Assembly: GCF_009914755.1 (NCBI RefSeq)
Contig: NC_060939.1
From: the human T2T-CHM13v2.0 reference genome, Homo sapiens
DNA length: 64,000 nucleotides
Direction: 5' to 3' (one strand)
This document shows positions 1-12,350 of this stretch, piece by piece. The notes under the pieces were generated by a model that ran no database searches, was not told the origin of the DNA, and saw only the letters and a program-made list of their open reading frames with translations. Positions within the stretch are counted from its first letter, which is position 1; each line of letters opens with the position of its first letter. The translations under genes were made by a program, and so were the position numbers.

Positions 1-3000
1 GGAATGGAGTGGAACGGAATGAAATAGAATAGAGAGGAATGGAATGGAATAGAATGGAATGACGCGGAATATAGTATAATAGAGTGGAGTGGAGTAGAAT
101 GGAGTTTAGTGGAATGGAGTGGAATGGAGTGGAATGGAATGGAAAGGAATGGAAAGGAATGGAAAGGAATGCAATTGAGTGGAATGTAATGGAGTGGAGT
201 GGAGGGGAGTGGAGAGGAGTGGAGTGGCGTGCAGTGGAATGGAGTGCTATGGAGTGAAATGGAGTGGAGTGGAGTGGAATGGAATAGAGTGGAATGGAAT
301 GGAATGGTACAGAACGGAATGGAACAGAATAGAAAGGAGTGGAGTTGAGTGGAGTGTAGTGGAGTAGAGTGGAGTGGATTGGAATGCAGTGGAATGCAAG
401 GGAATCGAATGGAATGGAGTGGAGTGGAATGCATTGGAGTGGAGTGGAGTGGAGGAGAATGGAGTAGAATGGAGTGGAATGGAATGGAGTGGAGAGGAAT
501 GGAGTGGAATGGAATGGAAGGAATGGAATGGAACCGAATGGAAGGGAATGGAGTGGAGTGGAGTAGATTTGAGTGGAGTGGAATGGAGTGCAGTGGAATG
601 GATTGGAATGGAATGGAGTGGAGTGGAATGGAATGGAATAGAATGGAATGGAATGGAATGGAGTGGATTGGAGGGGAATAGAGTGGAGTAGAGAGGAGTG
701 GACAGGAATGGAGTGGAGTGGAATGGAATGGAATGGAGTGGAATGAAAAGGAATGGAGTGGAGTGGAATGGGCCAGAATGGAATGGAATGGAGTGGAAGG
801 GAATGGAATGGAGTGGAGTGGAAAGGAATGGGGTGGAGTGGAATGGAAGGGAGTGGATTGGAGTGGAATTGAGTGGAGTGGAGTGGAATGGAGTGGAGTG
901 GAGTGCAGCAGAATATAATGGAGTGGAATGGAATAGAATTGAGTGGAGTGGAGTGGAGTGGAATTGATTGGAGTGCAGTGGAATGGAATGGAATGGAATG
1001 GAAGGGAGGGGAGTGGAGTGGAGTGGAATGGAGAGGAACGAAATGGAGTGCAGTGGAATGGAATGGAATGGAAGGAAATGGAATGGAATGGATTGGAATG
1101 GAATGGAATGGAACAGAAAGGAGTGGAGGGGAGTGCAGGGGAATGGAGTGGAGTGGAGTTGAGTGCAGTGGATCAGAGTGCAGTGGACTGGAATGGAATG
1201 GAATGAAATGGAATGGAGTGGAGTGGAATGAAATTTAATGGAACGAAGTGGATTGGATTGGAGTGGAGTGGAGTGGAGTGTAGTACAATGGAATGGAGTG
1301 GAATGTAGTACAATGGAAGGGAGTGGAGTGTAGTACAATGGAATGGAGTGGAGTGCAATGGAACGTAATGGAATGGAGTGGAGTGGAGTGCAATGCAATC
1401 CAGTGGAGTGATGTGGAGTGGAGTGGAACGGAGTGGAGAGGAATGGCATGGAATGGAATGGAATGCAATGGAATGGAGTGGAATGGAATGGAAAGGAAAG
1501 GAATGCAATGGATTGTTGAAATGAAATATGAGCTAAGATTATGCCACTGCACTCCAGTCTGGGTGACAGAGTAAGATCCAGTCGAAATAAACAACTGGAA
1601 TGGAATGGAGTAAAATCGAAATAAATGGAGTATACTGGAACAGAATGGAGTGGAATTGAGTGGAGTGGAGTGGAGTGGAGTGGAATGGAGTAAAGTGGAA
1701 TGGAGTGGAATAGAGTGGAATGGAATCGAATGAAAACAAGTGGAATGGAATGGAATGGAGTGGAACGGAGTTTAGTGGACTTGAATGCAGTGGAGTGGAA
1801 TGAAGTGGAGTGGAATGAAGTGGAGTGGAATGGAGTTGAATTGAGTGGAATAGAATGGAATGGAATAGAGTGGATTGGAATGGAATAGAGTGGCATGGAG
1901 TGGAGTACAGTGGAGTGGAATGGAATGGAATAGAATGGAGTGAAATGGAGTGGTGGGGAATGGAGTGGATGGGAATGGAATGGAGTGGAATGGAACAGAA
2001 ATGAAGGGAAGAAAATGGAATGAAGAGGAGTGCAGTGGAGTTGAGTGGAATGGATCAGAGTGGAGTGGATTGGAATGAACTGGAATGGAATGGAATGGAG
2101 TGGAGTGGAGTGAAGTAGAGTGGAGTAGAGTGGAGTGGAATGGAATGCAGTGGAGTGGAATGGAATGGAATGGAACGGAAAGCAATGGAAGGGAAAAGAA
2201 TGGAATGGAACGGAACGGAAAGGAGTGGTGTGGAATGGAGTGGAGTGGAGTGAAGTGGAATGGAGTGTAGTGGAGTGAAGTGGATTGGAGTGGAATGGAG
2301 TGGTATGGAATGGAACACAGTTGAGTGGAGTGGAGTGGAGTTAAGTGGAGTGGAGTGGGGTTGAGTGGAATGGAATGGAATGGAATGGAATGGAATGGAA
2401 TGGTGAAATGGAATGTGAGCTAAGATTGTGCCACTGCACTCCTCTCTGGGTGACAGAGTGAGATCCAGTCGAAATAAAGGAATGGAATGGAATGGAGAAG
2501 ATTGGAATGGAATAGAGTGAAGAGGAATGGAATGGAGTGGCATGGAGTGGAGTGTAGTGGAATGGACTGGAGTGGAATGGATTGCAGTATAATGGAGTGG
2601 AATTGAGTGGAATGGAATGGAATGGAATGGGGTGGAATGGAATGGAATGGGGTGGACTGGAATGGAATGCAGTGGAATGGAGTGGAGTGGAATGGAGGGG
2701 AGTTTGGTGGAATGGAGTAGAGTGGAGTGGAATGGAATGGAATGGAATGGAGTGGAATGGAATGGAAAGGAGTGGAGCCGAATGGAGTAAAGTGGAATCG
2801 AATGGAGTGGAATGGAAAGGAACGGAACAGAATGGAAGGCAATAGAACGGATTGGAGTGGAGTGAATTGAATTGGAGTTTTCTGGAGGGGATAGGAGAGC
2901 ACTGGAATGGAATGGAATGAAGTGGAGTGGAGTGGAATGAAGTGGAATGGAATGGAGTGGAATGGAATGGAGTGGAGTGGCATGGAAATGAATGGAATGA

Positions 3001-6000
3001 AAAGGAATGGAATTGAACGGAATGAAACGGAATGGAATGGAACAGAATGGAATTCAATGGAACAGAAAGTAGTGGAGTGGAGTGGAGTGGATTTGAGTGG
3101 AGTGGATGGGAATGAAGTGGAATGGAATGGAATGGAATGGAATGGAATGGAATGGAAAGGGGTGGAGTGGAATGGAATGGAGTGGAGTGGAACTGAGTGG
3201 CATGGAATGGAATGGTGAAATGTAATGTCAGCTAAGATTGTGCCACTGCACTCCAGTCTGGGTGACACAGTGAGATCCAATCGAAATAAAGGAATGGAAT
3301 GGAATGGAGTAAAGAGGAATGGAATGAAGTGGAATAGAGTGGAGTGGAGTGGAATGGAGTGGAATGGAATGGAGTGGAATGGAATGGAATGCAGTGGAAT
3401 GGAGTGGAGTGGAGTGGAATGGATTCAAATGGAATGGATTGGAATGGAATGGAGTGGAATGGTATGGAGTGGAGTGAAGTGGAGTGGAATGGAGTGGAAT
3501 GGAGTGAAATGGAGTGGAATGGAATGGAATGGAGTGGAATGGAATGGAGTGGAATGGTATGGAGTGGAGTGAAGTGGAGTGGAGTGGAATGGAGTGGAAT
3601 GGATTGGAATGGAGTGGAATGAAGTGGAGAGGATTGGAATGGATTCGAGTGGAATGCAGTGGAGGGGAATGGCTTGGAATGAAGTGGAATGGAGTGGAAT
3701 GGAATGCAATGGAGAGGAATGGAATGGAATGGAATGGAATGGAATGGAATGGAGTGGATTGGAGTGGAGTAAAGTAGAGTGGAGCGGGGTAGAGTGGAAT
3801 GGAGTGGAATAGAGAGAAAAGGAGAGGAGTAGAAAGGAGTGGCGTGGAACGGAATGGAGTGGAATGGAATGGAAAGCAAAGGATTGGAACCCAATTGAAT
3901 GGACTGCAGTCGAGTGGATTGGAAAGGAATGGAATGGAACCGAAAGGACTGGTGGGCAATGGAATGGAATGGAATGGAATGGAATGGAATGAAATGGAGT
4001 GCAGGTTAGTGGAGTGGAGTGGAGCAGAATGCAGTGGAATGGAGTGGAGTGGAGTGGAATGGAATGGAATGGAATGGAATGGAACGCAAAGGAATGGAAT
4101 GGAACGGAAAAGAATGGAACGTAATGGAAAGGAGTGGAGCAGAGTGGAATGGAGGGGAGTTGAGTGGAATGGATGGGATTGCCGTGGAATGGAATGGAAG
4201 GCAATTGAATGGAATGGAATGGAATGGAATGGAATGGAATGGAATGGAATGCAATGGAATGCAATGGAATAGAAAGGCGTGTAGAGGAATGGAGAGGAGT
4301 GGAGTGGAGTGGATTGGAATGGAAAGGAATGGAAAGGAATGAAATGGATTGGTGAAATGCAATATGTGCTAAGATTGTGCCACTGCACTCCAGTCTGGGT
4401 GACAGAATGAGATCAAGACGAAATAAAGGAATGCAATTGAATGGAGTAGAATGGAATGTAATGGAGTGGAGTGGAATGGAATGGAGTGGAATGGAGTGGA
4501 GTGGAGTGGAATGCAATGGAGTGATATGGAGTGGTTTGGAATGGATTGGAAAGTAATGGATTTTAGTAAAATGGAGGAGAGTGGAGTGGAATGGAGTGGA
4601 ATGGAGTGAAATTGAGTGGAGTGGAGTGGAATGGGATGGCATGGAATGGAATGGGAAAGAAAGGAACGGAATGGAACGGAATGGATTGGAGTGGAGTTGC
4701 ATGGAGTGTATCAGAGTGCAGTGGAATGGAATGGAATGGAATAGAACGGAATGGAATAGAAAGGGGTGGAGTGGAGTGGTGTTTAGTGAAGTAGAGTGGA
4801 GAGCAATGGAGTGTAATATAGAGGAGTGGAGTGGTGTGGTTTGGAGTGGAATGGAGTGGTAAGGAGTGGAGTGGAGTGGAATGGAATGGAATGGAGCAGA
4901 ATGCAGTGCAATGGAAAGAAATGGAATGGAAAGGAATGCAACACAGTTGAGTGGTGTGGAGTGGAATGGAATGGAATGCAGTGGAGTGGAGTGGAGAGGA
5001 ATGAAATGGAATGGAATGAAATGGAATGGTGAAATGAAATGTGAGCTATGATTGTGCCACTACACTCCTCTCTGGGTGACAGAGTGAGATCCAGTCGAAA
5101 TAATGTAATAGAATGGAGTAGTTTGGAATGGAATGAAATGCAGTGGAATGGAATGGAGTAGTTTGGAATGGAATGAAATGCAGTGGAATGGAATGGAGTG
5201 GCATGGAGTGGAGTGGAGTGGAATGGAATGGAGTGGAGTGGAATGGATTGCAGTATAATGGAGTGGAATGGAGTGGAATGGAATGCAGGGGAACGGAATG
5301 GAATGCAGTGGAATGGAAAGGAATGCAGTGGAATATAGTGGAGTGGAGTGGAATGGAGTGGAGTTGGGATGAAAGGAGAGGAGTGGAGTGGAATGGAATG
5401 GGATGGAATGGAATGGAATGGAATGTATTGGAATGGAATGGAAAGGAGTGGAGTGGAATGGATTGGAATGGAATCGAATGGAGTGGAATGGAACAGAATG
5501 GAATGGAAAAGAAGGCAATGGAATGGAGTGGAGTGGAGTGCATTGGAGTGGAGTTGTGTGGAGTGGATAGGAGTGCACTGGAATGGAATGGAATGGAATG
5601 GAAAGGAACGGAATGGAGTGGAGTGGAGGGAAGTGGAGTGGAACGGAGTGGAATGGAATGGAGTGGAGTGGCATGGAATGAAATGGATTGAAACGGAATG
5701 GAATGGAATAGAATGGAATTCAAAAAAACGGAATGTAGTGGAGTGGAGAGGAGTGGATTTGACTGGAGAGGATCAGAGTGCAGTGGAATGGGATGGAATT
5801 TAGTGGAGTGGAATGGAATGGAATGGAATGGAATGGAAAGTGGTGGAGTAGAATGGAATGGAGTTGAGTGGCATGGAATAGAATGGAATGGAATGGAATG
5901 GAATGGAATAGAATGGAATGGTGAAATGTAATGTTACCTAAAATTGTGTGACCGCACTCCAGTCTGGGTGACAGAGTGAGATCCAATGGAAATAAAGGAA

Positions 6001-9000
6001 TGCAATGAAATGGCGTAGAGGAATGGAATGAAGTGGAATGGAGTGGAGTGGAGTAAAATGGAGTGGAATGGAATGGAAAGGAATGGAGTGGAATGAAATA
6101 AAATGGAGTAGAATGGAGTGGAGTGGAGTTGAACGGATTGAAGTGGAATGGAGTGGATTGGAATAGAGTGGAATTGAGTGAAATGGAATGGAATGGAGTG
6201 GAATGGAAGGGAATAGAGTGGAATGGTATGGAGTGGAGTGGAGTGGAATGGAGTGAAATGTAGTGGAATGGAAGGGATTGGAGTCGAATTGAATGGAGTG
6301 GAATGGAACAGAACAGAACGGAATGGAATGGAATGGAGTGGAGTGGAGTGGAGTTGATCAGAATGCAGTGGAATGGAATGGAAAGCAGTGGAATGGAGTT
6401 GAGTGGAGTGCAGTGGAGTGGAGTAGAGTGGAGTGGAATGGAGTAAACTGGAGTGGAATGGAATGGAGTCGAGTGGAATGGAATGGAATGGAATGGAATG
6501 GATCAGAAGGGAACGGAGTGGAGTGAAGTGGGGTTGAGTGGAGTGGATAAAATGCAGTGGAAAGGAATGGAATTGAATATAATGGAATTGAGTGAAGTGT
6601 AATGGAACGGAATGGAATGGAGTGGAGTGGAATGGATTGTAGTGGAATGGAGTGGAGTGGAGTGGAATGGAATGGAGTCGAGTGGAATTGAAAGGAATGG
6701 AGTTGACTGGAATGGAATGTAGTAGAATGAAGTAGAGTCGAATGGAACGGAGTGGAGTGGAGTGGAGTTCATCAGAGTGCAGTGGACTGGAATGTAATGT
6801 AATGTCATGGAATGGACTGGAGTGGAATGGAATTTAATGGAAAGCAGTGGAGTGGAGTGCAGCGGAGATTAATGGAATAGAGTGGAGTGGAGTGGAATGG
6901 AATGGAATGGAATGCCATGGAATGACATGGAGTAGAGCTTAGTGAAATGGAGTAGAGAGGAGTGGAGTGGAGTGGAGTGGAAGGGAGTGGACTGCAGTGG
7001 ATTGGAGTGCAGGGGAATGGAGTGTAGTGGAACGGAGTGGAATGGAAGGGAATGGAACGGAATGCAAAGGAACGGTGAAATGAAATGTCAGCTAAGACTG
7101 TGCCACTGAACTCCAATCTGGATGACAGAGTAAGATCCAGTCGAAATAAAGGAATGGAATGTAATGGAGTAAAATCCAATGGAATGGCAGTGGAGTGGAA
7201 TGGAATGGAGTGGAAAGGAGTGGACTGGAGTGGAATGGAGTGGAGTGGAATGGAGTGGAATGGAATGGAATGAGGTGGAATGGAATGCAATGGAGCAGAA
7301 CAGAATGGAGTGCTGTGGAGTGGAGTGGAATGGATTTGAATGGAGAGAAAGTAGTGGAGAGGAATGGAGTAGAGTGGAATGGAATGGATTAGAATGGAAC
7401 AGAATGGAACGGAACAGAACAGAGTGTTTAGGAGTGGAGTGGAGTGGAGTGGAGGGGATCAGAGTGCAGTGGAATGGAATGGAATGGAAAGGAATGGAAT
7501 GGAATTGAGACGAGTGGAGTGAAGTGGAGTGCAGTGTAATGGAGTGAAATGGAATGGAGTGGAGTGGAGTGGAATATAATGGAATGGAATGGAACGGAAC
7601 GGAACGGAACGGAACGGAACGGAACAGAACAGAATGGAATGGAATGGTATGGAACAGTGGAATGAAATGTGAGCTATTAATGAAGGAAAATGCAATGGCA
7701 TGGAGTGGAGTGGAGTGGAGTGGAATGGAGTGGAGTGCAGTGGAATGAAATGGAATGGAATGAAGTGGAATGGAGTGCAGTTTAGTGGAGTGGAGTGAAA
7801 TGGAGTTGATTGGAGTGGAGCAGAGTGGAGTAGAATGGAATGCAGTTGAATGGAGTGGAATGGAATGGAGTGGAGTGGAATGGAATGAAATGGAACGGAA
7901 TGCAATGGAATGGAACAGATTTGAATGGAATGGAATGGAACGGAGTGGAGTGGAGTGCAGTGGAGTGGGATGGATTGGACTGTAATGTAGAGAACTGGAT
8001 TGGAGTGGAATGGAGTGGAGTGGAATAGAGTGGAGTGGAATGGAGTGGAGTGGAGTGGAGTGGAGTGGAGTGAAATGGAGTGGCGTGGAAAGGAGTGGAA
8101 TGGAGTGAAATTGAGTAGCATGGAATGGAGTGGAATGAAACGGAATGGAGTCGAGTGGAATGGAGTGAAATGGAGTAGAATGGAGTGGAGTGGAGAGGAG
8201 TGAAATGGAGTGGAATGGAGTGGAATTTAGTGGAGTGGAGTGGAATGATGTGGAATGGAGTGAAATGGAGTGGAGTGGAGTGATGTGGAGTGGAATGGTG
8301 TGGAATGGAATGGAACATAACAGAATGGAATGGAACGGAATTGAATGGAGTGTATTGGAGTGGAGTGGAGTGGAGTGGAGTTGAGTGGAGTGTATCGGAG
8401 TGCAGTGGAATGGAATGGAATGGAATGCAGTGTGGTGGAGTGGGTTTTAATGTAGTGGAGTGGAATGGAGTGTAGTGGAGTGTAGTAGAGTGGACTGGAG
8501 TGGAATGGAGTGTTATGGAGTGGAATGGAGTGGAGTGGAGTGGAATGGAATGGAATGGAATGGAACTGTGAAATGAAATGTGAGCTAAGATTGTGCCACT
8601 GAATTCCTGTCTGGGTAACAGAGCGAGACCAAGTCGAAATGAAAGGGTAGAATGGAATGCAATAGAATGGAATGGAATGGAGTGGAGTTCAATGGAATGG
8701 AGTGGCATGGAGTGGAGTGGAATGGAATGGAGTGGAATGGATGGCAGTATAACGGAGTGGAATGGAATGGAATGGAATGGAGTGGAATGGAATGGAATGC
8801 AGTGGAAAGGAGTGGAGTGGATTGGAATGGAGTGGACAGGAGTGGAGTGGAATTGAATGGAAAGAAATGGAGTTGAATGGAATGTAATGGATTGTAGTGG
8901 AATGTACAGGAGTGGAATGGAATGGAGAGGAATGAAAAGAAATAAAATGGAACGGAATGGAATGGAACAGAGTGGAGTGGAGTGCAGTGGAGTGGAGTTG

Positions 9001-10819
9001 TGTGGAGTGGATGGGAGTGCAGTGGAATGGAATGGTATGGAATGGAATGGAGTGGAGTGGAGTGAAGTGGAGTGGAATGCAGGGGAAAGGAATGGAGTGG
9101 AGTTCAATGGAATGGAATGGAACAGAATGGAATGGAATGGAACAGAATGAAATGGAACGGAATGGAAAGTAGTGGAGTGGAGTGGAGTGGAGTGGAGTTG
9201 AGTGGAGTGAAGTGGATCGGAGTGCAGTGGAATGGAATGGAATGAAATGGAAAGGAATAGAATGGAATGGAATGAGGTGGAGAGGAATAGAATGGAGTGG
9301 AGTGGAGTGGAGTGGAGTGGAGTGGAGTGGAGTGGATTTCCATGGATTGGAATGGAATGGAATGGGATAGAATGGAATGGAATGGTGAAATGTAAGGTGA
9401 GCTAAGATTGTGCCACTGCACTCCAGTCTGGGTGACAGAGTGAGATCCAACCGAAATAGAGGAATGGAATGGAATGGAGTAGAATGGAATGGAATGGAAT
9501 AAAATGGTATGGAATGGAGTGGAATGGAGTGGAGTGGAGTGAATGGAGTGGAGTGAAGTGGAATGGATTGAGGTGAAATGGAGTGGATTGGAATTCAGTG
9601 GAATGGGATGGAATGGAAAGGAATGGGATGGAGTGGAATGGAATGGAATGGAGTGGAATGTAATGGAGTGGAGTGGAGTGGAGTGGAATGGAGTGGAGTG
9701 TAGTGGAATGGAATGGAGTGGAGTGGAGGGGAATGGAGTGGAGTGGAATGGAGTGGAGTGGAATGAAATGGAATGGAATGAAGTAGAGTGGAGAGGAGTT
9801 TAGAGGAGTGGAGTGGAATGCAGTTGATTGGAGTGGAGCAGAGTGCAGTGGAGTGGAGTGGAATGGACTGGAATGGAGTGGAATGGAATGGAGTGGAGTA
9901 GAATGGAATGAAATGTAATGGAATGCAATGGAATGGAACGGAGTGGAATGGAATGCAATGGAACGGAGTGGAGGGGAGTGGAGTACAGTGGAGTGGAATG
10001 GAATGGAGTGTAATGCAGAGAAATGGAGTGAGGTGCAATGGAGTGGAGTGGCATAGAATGGTCAGGTATGGAATGGAACGGAACAGAATGGAAGGGAACG
10101 GAATTGAACTTAGTGGATTAGAGTGGAGTGGAGTGGAGTGGAGTGTAGTGGATAGGAGTACAGTGGAATGGAATGGAATGGAATGGAATGGAATGCAATG
10201 GTGAAACGAAACGTGAGCTTAGATTGTGCCACTGCTCTCCAATCTGGGTGAGATAGTGAGATCCAATCGAAATAAAGGAATGGAATGGAATGGAGTAGAA
10301 AGGAATGGAATGGAGTGGAGTGGAATGGAATGGAAGGGAAAGGAGTGGAATGGAATGGAACAGAGTGGATTGGAGTGGAATGGATTGAAGGGGAATGGAT
10401 TGGAAAGGAATGGAATGGAGTAGAATGGAATGGAATGGAGTGGAATGGAGTGAAGTGGATTGAAGTGGAATGGATTGGAATGGAATGGAATGGAGTGGAT
10501 TGGAATGGAATGGAATGGAGTGGAGTGGAATGGAATAGAGTGGAACGGAGTGGAATAGATGGAAGTGGAATGGATTGGAAAGGAATGGAATGGAATGGAG
10601 TGGAATGGAATGGAATGGAGTGGAATGGAGTGAAGTGGATTGAAGTGGAATGGATTGGAATGGAATGGAATGGAAGGGAATGGAGTGGAGTGGATTGGAA
10701 TGGAGTGGAGTGGAATGCTTTGGAGGGGAATGATGTGGAATGAAGTGGAAAGTAGTGGAATGGAATGGAGTGGAATGGAGTGTAATAGAATGGGGTTGAA
10801 TGAAAGGGAGTGGAGTGGA

Positions 10820-12350
10820 GTGCAGTGGAGTGGAGTGGCGTTGAGGTGAAAGGAGTGGAATGGAGTGAAATGTAGAGGAGTGGAAAGGAGTGGAGTGGAA
10901 CGGAATGGAGTGGAATGGAACGTAAAGGAAAGCACTGGAACAAAATTGAAAGAACTGCAGTGGAGTGGAATAGAATGGAATGGAATGGAGTGGAGTGGTG
11001 TGCATTGGAAAGGAATGGAATGGAATGGAATGGAATGGAAAAGAATGGAATGGAATGGAATGGAGGGCATTGGAGTGGAGTGGAGTGGAGTGGAGGTGAA
11101 AGGAGTGGAATGGAGTGAAATGTAGAGGAGTGGAAAGGAGTGGAGTGGAATGGAATGGAGTGGAATGGAACGTAAAGGAAAGCACTGGAACAAAATTGAA
11201 AGAACTGCAGTGGAGTGGAATAGAATGGAATGGAATGGAATGGAGTGGTGTGCATTGGAAAGAAATGGAATGGAATGGAATGGAATGAAAAAGAATGGAA
11301 TGGAATGGAATGGAGGACATTGGAGTGGAGTGGAGTGGAATGGAGTGGAGTGGAATGTAGTGGAAGGGAGTGGAATGGAATGGAGTATAACGGAATGGAG
11401 TGGAATGGAACGTAAAGGAAAGCACTGGAACAAAATTGAAAGAACTGCAGTGGAGTGGAATAGAATGGAATGGAATGGAATGGAGTGGTGTGCATTGGAA
11501 AGGAATGGAATGGAATGGAATGGAAAAGAATGGAATGGAATGGAATGGAGGGCATCGGAGTGGAGTGGAGTGGAGTGGAGTCGAGGTGAAAGGAGTGGAA
11601 TGGAGTGAAATGGAGAGGAGTGGAAAGGAGTGGAGTGGAAAGGAATGGAGTGGAATGGAACGTAAAGGAAAGCACTGGAACAAAATTGAAAGAACTGCAG
11701 TGGAGTGGAATAGAATGGAATGGAATGGAATGGAGTGGTGTGCATTGGAAAGGAATGGAATGGAATGGAATGGAATGGAATGGAATGGAATGGAGGGCAT
11801 TGGAGTGGAGTGGAGTGGAATGGAGTGGAGTGGAATGTAGTGGAAGGGAGTGGAATGGAATGGAGTGGAATGGAATGGAGTGGAATGGAACGTAAAGGAA
11901 AGCACTGGAACAAAATTGAAAGAACTGCAGTGGAGTGGAATAGAATGGAATGGAATGAAATGGAATGGAGTGGTGTGCATTGGAAAGGAATGGAATGGAA
12001 TGGAATGGAAAAGAATGGAATGGAATGGAATGGAGGGCATTGGAGTAGAGTGGAGTGGAATGGAGTGGAGTGGAATGTAGTGGAAGGGAGTGGAATGGAA
12101 TGGAGTGGAATGGAATGGAGTGGAATGGAACGTAAAGGAAAGCACTGGAACAAAATTGAAAGAACTGCAGTGGAGTGGAATAGAATGGAATGGAATGGAA
12201 TGGAGTGGTGTGCATTGGAAAGGAATGGAATGGAATGGAATAGAAAAGAATGGAATGGAATGGAGGACATTGGAGTGGAGTGGAGTGGAATGGAGTGGAG
12301 TGGAATGTAGTGGAAGGGAGTGGAATGGAATGGAGTGGAATGGAGTGGAA
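10820..12350 (+). repeat. Young ~240-bp tandem repeat (6 copies) nested in HSat3
   Basis: Identical 40-bp anchor cgtaaaggaaagcactggaacaaaattgaaagaactgcag at 10921, 11171, 11411, 11661, 11891 and 12131 (spacings 250, 240, 250, 230, 240). Confidence 0.95.
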
